Source: Chitinispirillia bacterium | GTDB taxonomy: Bacteria > Fibrobacterota > Chitinivibrionia > Chitinivibrionales > Chitinispirillaceae | Length of the DNA: 58,874 bases | NCBI GenBank assembly: GCA_009786415.1 | Contig: WQTH01000007.1 | Span: 1 to 58,874, forward strand | Direction of reading: 5' to 3' | In this document: in pieces, positions 52,212 through 58,874 of the stretch | Numbering within the stretch: the stretch's first letter is position 1 | Layout: each line of letters starts with the position of its first letter | Position numbers and translations under genes: made by a program | Notes under the pieces: generated by a model | What the model saw: only the letters and a program-made list of their open reading frames with translations | The model's database searches: none | What the model was told of the DNA's origin: nothing

Positions 52212-54152
52212 ATGAAAAAGATTTGGTATTTCATAGCGGTGGTTTCGTGTCTTGGCCTCTTTTTTTGTTCTGAGCCGGTTGGCAACCCTGGCAATGAAAC
52301 GGGCAGTATCTACGGTACCGTCAGGGATATGGCTACGAATAAGGAGGTTGCCGGCGCAAACGTGCTGCTTCGTCCGAGCGGCTCAACCTCGCTTACCGAA
52401 GCCGGGATTACCGGTTCGAATGGCCACTATGAAGCCGTTAACGTGAAGCCCGGCACGTATACAATAGTGGTTCGCAAGAACGGCTACAGCGAACTTTTGG
52501 ATAACTTTGATGTGACCGTCAAACCCGGTTCGCCTACAAGAAGGGACATGCAGATAGAGAGACTTCCGTCGACTCTGAGGCTTGTAGCCGCAGATGGGAC
52601 AATGAATGACATCACGGGGCTCAACTTTGGCGGTTCGGATGTTACACGCTCGTTCACTATTTTCAACGCCGCCTCCGGTATATTCGACTGGAATATAGTG
52701 AACAATAATGAATGGATCTCCGTGAATCAATCAACCGGAACTCTGGGCCCCGGGGAGCAGCAGTCCATAGCGGTTACAATAGAGCGCGGCAATCAGGAGG
52801 GCGGGGTTTATAGCGCCGGTATCTCTATTATTACTACAAACTCGGGCAGCAGAGATCTGGTTATTTCCACACGGTCTGCTACGCTCGCACTCAGCGCCAG
52901 CCCAACAATCGGCGGGACGGCAACGCCCACACCGGCAGCGGACTTTTACGCGTTGGGTTCGGCGGTTGCTATTACCGCTGATGTGGCGGGCGGTTACAGA
53001 TTTTCCGGCTGGGCGGTAACGGAGGGTCAGGCTCAGATTGCTAACGCGAATAGCGCATCCACGACGGTTATCCTGAACTCTGAAGCAGTGAAGGTTACTG
53101 CCAATTTTGAGACAGTTTCCGATCCTGGACCCGGTACCGGCAAGTCTTTGGCTGCGCAGTTGCTGGACTTGTACGCAAAAGTTGAAAGTAACAACGAATA
53201 CATTATAGACCTGACTGCTGCCAACGAGAGTATCGGGGCCCAGCCGCTCGCATTTTCTGACGGGATAACCAATGTAACAGTACGAATTATCGGCATAGGG
53301 GAGGAGCGGGCGGTAACGCTTATTGATAACGGTTCGCTCTTTTCTGTAGGCGCCGGCGTTACGCTGATATTGGACGAGAGGGTGACGCTACGGGGGCGTG
53401 TAAGCGGGAACAACAACGCACCATTGGTTATGGTGGAGAGCAGGGGTGCGCTGATTTTGAGGCAGGGTGCGAAGATTTCGGGTAATACCTATAGCGGTTA
53501 CTACTCCGGCGGTGGCGGGGTATACGTATCATCAGACGCGATTTTCAGGATGGAGGGCGGGGAGATTTCCGGCAATGAGGCTGGTGGGTCGGCTTCCGGT
53601 ACCGGCGGTGGCGGCGTCTTTGTGGTGGATGGCGGAAACTTCATGATGGAGGGTGGCAAGATTTCGGGCAACAAATCTCCAGCCGGCGGCGGTGTTTACG
53701 TGGCGAATGGGGTGTTTATGGTGGCTGGCGGGGAGATTACCGGTAATACTGCCTCCGGTAACGGCGGGGCGGTATACGTATACACCGGGAGTTTTGTGAT
53801 GAACGGCGGCACGGTTTCCAGCAATACCGCCGTTTCCGGCGGCGGGGTATATATAGATAGAGGGGCTTTTACGATTGGTGGCGGAGAGATTACCGGCAAT
53901 ACCGCTACCACCGGTTCCGGCGGCGGTGTGTTCGGAACCGCCAATGCGACGGTTACCAAGACCGGCGGGGTCATATACGGGTACGTATTCATGGATTCCA
54001 AAAGGAATACCGCGTCGGCAGGCATAAACAGCAGCGACAGGGGGCACGCGGTGTTCATCAACAGCAGCCCCATAAAGCGCAGGGAGACTACTGCGGGGCC
54101 GGAACTGAACCTGAGTTCGGGTACAACCGGCGCTGCAGGTGGTTGGGAGTAA
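52212..54152 (+). CDS. multidomain lipoprotein: CarboxypepD_reg, Ig/BACON-like, InlB-B-repeat-like and Pmp-like beta-helix domains
   Basis: ORF 52194, trimmed to the ATG at 52212 (MKKIWYFIAVVSCLGLFFCSEP). GSIYGTVRDMATNKEVAGANVLL; WISVNQSTGTLGPGEQQSIAVTI; GGYRFSGWAV. About 6 GGEISGNTA/GGGVYV repeats. The C-terminal module is paralogous to 49816..50955. Confidence 0.7.
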   Translation: MKKIWYFIAVVSCLGLFFCSEPVGNPGNETGSIYGTVRDMATNKEVAGANVLLRPSGSTSLTEAGITGSNGHYEAVNVKPGTYTIVVRKNGYSELLDNFDVTVKPGSPTRRDMQIERLPSTLRLVAADGTMNDITGLNFGGSDVTRSFTIFNAASGIFDWNIVNNNEWISVNQSTGTLGPGEQQSIAVTIERGNQEGGVYSAGISIITTNSGSRDLVISTRSATLALSASPTIGGTATPTPAADFYALGSAVAITADVAGGYRFSGWAVTEGQAQIANANSASTTVILNSEAVKVTANFETVSDPGPGTGKSLAAQLLDLYAKVESNNEYIIDLTAANESIGAQPLAFSDGITNVTVRIIGIGEERAVTLIDNGSLFSVGAGVTLILDERVTLRGRVSGNNNAPLVMVESRGALILRQGAKISGNTYSGYYSGGGGVYVSSDAIFRMEGGEISGNEAGGSASGTGGGGVFVVDGGNFMMEGGKISGNKSPAGGGVYVANGVFMVAGGEITGNTASGNGGAVYVYTGSFVMNGGTVSSNTAVSGGGVYIDRGAFTIGGGEITGNTATTGSGGGVFGTANATVTKTGGVIYGYVFMDSKRNTASAGINSSDRGHAVFINSSPIKRRETTAGPELNLSSGTTGAAGGWE

Positions 54153-54186
54153 TGCGCAGAACCCTGCCTGAAGGTATTGCCCGCAG

Positions 54187-54657
54187 TCAGCGCAATTTTT
54201 TAAAAAACGCTTTCAAAAGCCCGCTCGATTCCTCCCCCATGACCCCGGAGGTGATTTGCGGGAAGGCGCGGTAGGATTTCTCGGCCTCGGCGCGGTAATT
54301 GAACGTGTCTATCCCCCCCAGGCGGGGGTCCCTGGCCCCATACACCACCGCGCTGACACGGGATTGCAGTATAGCCCCAAGGCACATCAGGCACGGCTCC
54401 AGCGTAACATAAAGCGTGCACCCGTTGAGCCGCCAGTCGCCTATATGCCCCGACGCCGCAGTAATGGCGATGACCTCAGCGTGCGCCGTAGCGTCCCCCA
54501 GACCCTCAATCCTGTTGTACCCGCGCCCGATAATAGCCCCGTCCCGCTCAATAACCGCACCAACAGGCACCTCACCCTCCTCAAAAGCCTTAACAGCCTC
54601 CCGCAAAGCCGCCCCCATAAAATAAGCGGGGTCCACAGCTGCCTTAAAATCCTCCAT
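54187..54657 (-). CDS. tadA: tRNA adenosine(34) deaminase
   Basis: EVPVGAVI..., ATAHAEVIAI (HAE) and LEPCLMCLGAI (PCxxC) are the CDA-fold motifs. Confidence 0.9.
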   Translation of the reverse strand: MEDFKAAVDPAYFMGAALREAVKAFEEGEVPVGAVIERDGAIIGRGYNRIEGLGDATAHAEVIAITAASGHIGDWRLNGCTLYVTLEPCLMCLGAILQSRVSAVVYGARDPRLGGIDTFNYRAEAEKSYRAFPQITSGVMGEESSGLLKAFFKKLR

Positions 54658-54828
54658 CCCTCATCCCTCCAAAAAATAATATAATTATAAATCTTGCGCG
54701 GATGCCGTACCAAAATATATTTTAGCTAAATTCGCCAAATTGTCCCCAAACCCGGTAAATATTATACCGCAGGGGCAGGAAACGGCGTATATTGCCCGTA
54801 TAGGCGTGTTTTTTTATTTTGGATTATT

Positions 54829-56163
54829 ATGTTTGAAGAACTGTCAGAAAGATTCGACGCGATATTCAAGAAGCTCCGCGGCCGCGGCAAGCTGACGGAG
54901 GACAACATCTCCGAGGCCGTCCGCGACGTAAAGCGCGCGCTTCTTGAGGCCGACGTAAACTACAAGGTCGTCAAGAGGTTCGCGGCGACGGTTCAGGAGA
55001 AGGCGCTTGGGGCCGTGGTCCTCGACAGCATCTCTCCGGGCCAGCAGTTCGTAAAGGTGGTTCACGACGAGCTTGCCTCGGTGCTTGGCGGCTCGGCGCG
55101 GCAGATAAAGTTTCACACTAACCGCGTGAACGTCATCCTCCTCGCCGGGCTGCAGGGCAGCGGCAAGACGACGGCGTGCGCGAAGCTTGCGCTCTACTTC
55201 CGCAAGCAGGGCCACAAGCCGATAATGGCGGCGTGCGATACCTTCCGCGCGGCGGCCATAGACCAGCTTGAAACGCTGGGCAAGGCGCTCTCGGTGCCCG
55301 TGTACTCCGACCGCGCCGCGAAACCGGCGGAGATCGCCAAAGCCGCGCTGGCCGTCGCGAAACGAGAGGGGAACTCGCTGCTCATCGTAGACACGGCGGG
55401 CCGCAAGCACATAGACGAAGAGAAGATGGCCGAGCTCAAGGAGGTGGCCGCGGCGGTTTCGCCCGACGAAATCTTCTTCGTGGCCGACGCGATGACGGGC
55501 CAGGACGCGGTCAACGTGGCCGAAAAGTTCCACGAGGAGGTCGGGTTCACCGGCGCGATCCTCACGAAGATGGACGGCGACGCACGCGGCGGGGCGGCCC
55601 TTTCGATATTGGACGTAACGGGCGTGGCCGTGCAGTTCATGGGCGTGGGCGAAAAACCCGACGGCCTCGAACTCTTCCACCCCGAACGCATGGCGTCGCG
55701 CATACTCGGCATGGGCGATATCGTAACGCTCGTTGAGCGCGCGCAGGAGACGGTGGACCTCGAGAAGAGCCAGAAACTCGAAAAAAAGTTCCGCCGCAAC
55801 CAGTTCACGCTGCAGGACTTTTTGGACCAGATGCGGCAAATAAAAAAGATGGGGTCGCTGGGGGAGCTTCTGGCAATGATACCGGGCCTCGGCAGCCAGC
55901 TCAAAGATACCGACATAGACAGCGGCATGATGGGCAAGATAGAGGCGATAATATGCTCAATGACCGTGAAGGAGCGCGAGAAGCCGGTGATAATAGACGG
56001 CAGCCGCAAGAAACGGATAGCGTCGGGCAGCGGCACGACGGTGCAGGACGTAAACAAACTGCTAAAGCAGTTTGACAACATGAAGGTGATGATGAAGAAA
56101 ATGACGAAGATAGCCGGCAAGCGCGGCGCGAACGTGGCTATGCGGAATATGTCGCCGTTTTGA
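54829..56163 (+). CDS. ffh: signal recognition particle protein Ffh
   Basis: MFEELSERFDAIFKKLRGRGKLTE, GLQGSGKTT, DTAGR, TKMDGDARGGAALS, and an M-domain with a Met-rich C-terminus. Confidence 0.96.
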   Translation: MFEELSERFDAIFKKLRGRGKLTEDNISEAVRDVKRALLEADVNYKVVKRFAATVQEKALGAVVLDSISPGQQFVKVVHDELASVLGGSARQIKFHTNRVNVILLAGLQGSGKTTACAKLALYFRKQGHKPIMAACDTFRAAAIDQLETLGKALSVPVYSDRAAKPAEIAKAALAVAKREGNSLLIVDTAGRKHIDEEKMAELKEVAAAVSPDEIFFVADAMTGQDAVNVAEKFHEEVGFTGAILTKMDGDARGGAALSILDVTGVAVQFMGVGEKPDGLELFHPERMASRILGMGDIVTLVERAQETVDLEKSQKLEKKFRRNQFTLQDFLDQMRQIKKMGSLGELLAMIPGLGSQLKDTDIDSGMMGKIEAIICSMTVKEREKPVIIDGSRKKRIASGSGTTVQDVNKLLKQFDNMKVMMKKMTKIAGKRGANVAMRNMSPF

Positions 56164-56184
56164 GCGCGGAGTTTTTGGGCGTAA

Positions 56185-56203
56185 GCTCCAAACTCCAAAC
56201 TGA
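56185..56203 (-). repeat. short recurring intergenic motif, site 3 (tandem, opposite orientation)
   Basis: The plus strand reads GCTCCAAACTCCAAACTGA, whose reverse complement is TCAGTTTGGAGTTTGGAGC. It lies between ffh and rpsP. Confidence 0.3.
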
Positions 56204-56248
56204 TGAAAATTAACATTAAACATAAACATTAATAGAAGGAGCAGTACC

Positions 56249-56599
56249 TTGGCGGTAAAAATCAGACTGGCCCGCACGGGCCGCAAGAAGATCTCGACGT
56301 ACCGCGTTGTGGCGGCCGACAGCCGCACGCAGCGCGACGGGAAGTTTTTGGAGACAATAGGATTCTACGATCCGCAAACCAACCCAAAAACCTTCACGTT
56401 CAAGACCGACCGCGTAGCCTACTGGATCAAGCAGGGCGCTACCCCCACGCTTACAGTAAAGAACCTGCTGCGCCAGGACAACTTCTACGAGAAGATGGCC
56501 CAGCTTGACAAGGGTGCGGAACTTGAGAGCATAAGCGTGGAGCGCAAGCCCGAACGCAAGCGCAAGGCGAAGGTCTTCAAGAAAAAGAGCGAGGATTAA
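56249..56599 (+). CDS. rpsP: 30S ribosomal protein S16 (with a Lys/Arg-rich C-terminal extension)
   Basis: TTG start after AAGGAG. MAVKIRLARTGRKKISTYRVVAADSRTQRDGKFLETIGFYDP. Confidence 0.95.
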   Translation: MAVKIRLARTGRKKISTYRVVAADSRTQRDGKFLETIGFYDPQTNPKTFTFKTDRVAYWIKQGATPTLTVKNLLRQDNFYEKMAQLDKGAELESISVERKPERKRKAKVFKKKSED

Positions 56600-56722
56600 C
56601 AGCGCCTTTTGTCTGACGGTAATGGCGGGATGACGCCGGACCCCGTTTAACGGTGATAACGGCTTGCAGGGGCGGCTGCCCCCGGTATCGAACGACAAGA
56701 GTGTACGCTGTGAGGTGTGTCG

Positions 56723-57238
56723 ATGGATCTGGTTGCCATAGCAATCATAAAACGCGCGGTGGGCCTCGACGGGTGTTGCGGGGTGGCCCCGTACGGCGAG
56801 ACGTTTGAGCGGCTGAAAACGCCGGTTACCGTGTATATCGGCGAGGATGAGCGCCGCGCGCGCGAAACCGAACTCGTTGAAAAAACGCTGCGGCCGCAGG
56901 GCTGGGCGGTTATCTTAAGTGATGTGTTTGACCGTACCGCCGCCGAAAGCATACAGGGCCAGAACGTCTATATCAGGGAAGATCAGCTTCCCAAATTAGG
57001 CGACGGCCAATATTACCATTTCCATCTTAAAGGGATGGCGGTAGTATTGCAGTCGTCAGGCAATAAAATAGGTACCGTACGCGACACGGTGAACCTGCCG
57101 TCGATGGACGGGCTTGATGTGGTGCTGACAAACGGGCATGACGTAATCATCCCCTACAACGATCAGGCGGTCGTAAAGGTGGATGGCGAGAAAAAAACAA
57201 TAACGGTCAGTGATTCATACTTAGAGGAATTGCTGTGA
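56723..57238 (+). CDS. rimM: 16S rRNA processing protein RimM
   Basis: ORF 56717 (GTG); ATG at 56723. LVAIAIIKRAVGLDG N-terminus, PRC-barrel C-terminus, and conserved rpsP-rimM-trmD-rplS order. Confidence 0.85.
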   Translation: MDLVAIAIIKRAVGLDGCCGVAPYGETFERLKTPVTVYIGEDERRARETELVEKTLRPQGWAVILSDVFDRTAAESIQGQNVYIREDQLPKLGDGQYYHFHLKGMAVVLQSSGNKIGTVRDTVNLPSMDGLDVVLTNGHDVIIPYNDQAVVKVDGEKKTITVSDSYLEELL

Positions 57239-57936
57239 TGCTCTTTGATATTCTAACCCTGTTCCCCGCGATGTTCGACGGGGCCTTTACCGACAGCATC
57301 ATAAAGAGGGCCGTCGACAAGGGGCTGGTGTCTGTAGATATCCATAACATAAGGGACTATTCGGGCGATGTTAAACATCAGACCGTAGACGACTACCCCT
57401 ACGGCGGCGACGCCGGGATGCTGATGAAGCCGGAACCGTTAGCCGCGGCGATAAGGGCGGCAAAAGAGCGCCTTGACGGAAGGAATCCCACGGTAGTATA
57501 CCTGACTCCTGCAGGGCGATTGCTTAATCAGGATACCGTAAAGGAACTGTCCGCCAAAGAGTCGCTGATACTCTTATGCGGGCGGTATAAGGGAATAGAC
57601 CAGCGCGTCATCGATAGTTATGTTGACATGGAGGTATCAATCGGCGACTACGTCCTCTCCGGCGGCGAAATCCCCGCTATGGCCGTAGTAGACGCCGTAA
57701 CGCGCCTGATCCCCGGCGTCCTAAGCAACATAGACAGCGCCGAAACCGACTCGTTCCATAACGGACTGTTAAGCCACCCCCACTACACAAGGCCGGAGGT
57801 CTTTGAGGGGATAAAGGTACCGGAGGTGCTGATAAGCGGCCACCACGCGAACATACGCGGGTGGCAGAAGCAAAAGTCATTGGAGCTGACAAAGGCGCGC
57901 AGGCCGGATTTGTTGAACGGGGCCGGTATTGATTGA
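57238..57936 (+). CDS. trmD: tRNA (guanine37-N1)-methyltransferase
   Basis: MLFDILTLFPAMFDG, GGDAGMLMKPEP, GRYKGIDQRV, GDYVLSGGE and HHANIRGW. The ATG overlaps the rimM stop (TGATG). Confidence 0.95.
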   Translation: MLFDILTLFPAMFDGAFTDSIIKRAVDKGLVSVDIHNIRDYSGDVKHQTVDDYPYGGDAGMLMKPEPLAAAIRAAKERLDGRNPTVVYLTPAGRLLNQDTVKELSAKESLILLCGRYKGIDQRVIDSYVDMEVSIGDYVLSGGEIPAMAVVDAVTRLIPGVLSNIDSAETDSFHNGLLSHPHYTRPEVFEGIKVPEVLISGHHANIRGWQKQKSLELTKARRPDLLNGAGID

Positions 57937-58012
57937 TAACGGTTGACGGTAATCTGTCAATGAAAATAAATAACCATAACCATATTAATGTATTAATGAA
58001 CGGAGGTGTCTA

Positions 58013-58363
58013 ATGAACGACATCATCAAGGCAGTAGAGCGCAAGCAGTACACCACACGCCAGGACGACTTCGGCCCCGGCGACACTATTAACGTCTTCT
58101 TCAAGATCCGCGAGGGCGACAAGGAGCGTATTCAGCAGTTCCAGGGCGTGGTTATCCAAACCAGCGGCACGGGCTTAGGCTCCACCGTCACGGTCCGCAA
58201 GTCCAGCGGCAACGTCTACGTGGAGCGCATCTTCCCGGTGCACTCCCCCCTGATAGCCGAAATCAAGGTCCTCAAGCGCGGCCGCGTCCGCCGCGCCAAA
58301 CTCTTCTACCTGCGCAGCCGCACCGGCAAGGCCACGCGCATAAAAGAGAAAAAAGCAAAATAA
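58013..58363 (+). CDS. rplS: 50S ribosomal protein L19
   Basis: [29 protein letters not shown]...[20 protein letters not shown]...RRAKLFYLR. Confidence 0.95.
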   Translation: MNDIIKAVERKQYTTRQDDFGPGDTINVFFKIREGDKERIQQFQGVVIQTSGTGLGSTVTVRKSSGNVYVERIFPVHSPLIAEIKVLKRGRVRRAKLFYLRSRTGKATRIKEKKAK

Positions 58364-58425
58364 GCGCCCGCGCCCAAATAGTATTTTAGCTATACCGGAA
58401 GGCCAAAAGCCCTCCGCCCCACGGC

Positions 58426-58450
58426 GCCCGCCGGTATTCTCCCGGCGGGC
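58426..58450 (+). terminator. hairpin downstream of rplS (candidate intrinsic terminator)
   Basis: GCCCGCCGG / TATTCTC / CCGGCGGGC forms a perfect 9-bp GC-rich stem, followed by TCTCTTGG (a weak U-tract), 63 nt after the rplS stop. Confidence 0.4.
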
Positions 58451-58614
58451 TCTCTTGGTACAAATTAGGACCTCGCAGTACAAATTTCCCGTATTACCAT
58501 AATTAATGCCCAAAAGGCCATTTCTACCGTATTGACCGTATTGCCGGGACATAACCCACCGTCTTTACGTCAATTTATAAACTTATACACTTTTTTATGA
58601 AAGGACATTTTGCT

Positions 58615-58874
58615 ATGTCTGACGAAACAAACATTCCCGACGACAACTCCGCCGACGGCCCCGGCGCCAACCGCGAGTACAAGGACGGGATGTTCCGCGC
58701 TATTTTCAGGAAACGCGAGGAGTTCCTCCGCGTAGCCAGCTACGTAATGAAAACCGATTTCGGGCCGGATACGCCGATGGAGGAGGTAACGCTCTCCAGC
58801 CCCATCTACATCGACCGCCGGAACGACGTCTCGTACCTGATCGACGGCCGCCTGATAGTGTTCACCGAGCACCA
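58615..58874 (+). CDS. Rpn/YhgA-like PD-(D/E)XK nuclease (putative transposase family), N-terminal fragment running off the window
   Basis: Not in the ORF track (open at the edge). Manual translation gives MSDETNIPDDNSADGPGANREYKDGMFRAIFRKREEFLRVASYVMKTDFGPDTPMEEVTLSSPIYIDRRNDVSYLIDGRLIVFTEHQ.... The YKD..FR.iF and D...(x)n..EHQ pattern is typical of this family. AAGGA lies 8 nt upstream, and there is an alternative in-frame ATG at 58597. Confidence 0.5.
   Translation, partial: MSDETNIPDDNSADGPGANREYKDGMFRAIFRKREEFLRVASYVMKTDFGPDTPMEEVTLSSPIYIDRRNDVSYLIDGRLIVFTEH

Noticed and set aside
54844-56216. 331-aa and 340-aa ORFs antisense to ffh
   Set aside because: This is the same antisense artefact. 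ffh on the plus strand is unambiguous.

Overview
58.9-kb chromosomal window from a moderately GC-rich diderm bacterium. The gene content fits the FCB superphylum: an LpxC-FabZ fusion, a FlgD-Ig/T9SS-type C-terminal sorting domain, PorV/PorQ-like barrels, and many genes without a clear Shine-Dalgarno. I call about 57 protein-coding genes plus one frameshifted remnant. By eye I found no rRNA, tRNA or CRISPR array. From left to right the window contains: the fhs 5' end; a lolA-like/T9SS-cargo/PorV-like cluster; trpD; engB; mlaEFD plus a TPR lipoprotein; a visibly more AT-rich glycan island (10.4-19.0 kb) with methyltransferases, GT4/GT2 enzymes and a Wzx flippase; pyrF; uvrC preceded by a repeat-containing wHTH gene; and a divergent orphan mraY. 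A 14-kb co-directional array follows: mcsA-mcsB-clpC-bamA-skp-lpxD-lpxC/fabZ-lpxA-cbiM-larE-larB-larC. After it come anmK, two parvulin/SurA-like chaperones, ftsE without ftsX next to a giant Wza-like exporter, ychJ, an AT-rich accessory island (47.9-54.2 kb) with TPR, OMP and paralogous beta-helix lipoproteins, tadA, ffh-rpsP-rimM-trmD-rplS, and the 5' end of an Rpn/PD-(D/E)XK nuclease-like gene. The strongest candidates for something new are four. (1) A Firmicute-type McsA/McsB/ClpC arginine-phosphorylation module joined with zero spacer to the BamA/Skp/Lpx envelope operon. (2) A dispersed ~84-nt palindromic element family with outward-facing TATAAT boxes. (3) The beta-helix lipoprotein/OMP/LpoB-like island. 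(4) The lolA-like/T9SS-like cluster, which includes a barrel protein with a long acidic tail. All functional calls rest on motif recognition in the translated ORFs. No database search was run.
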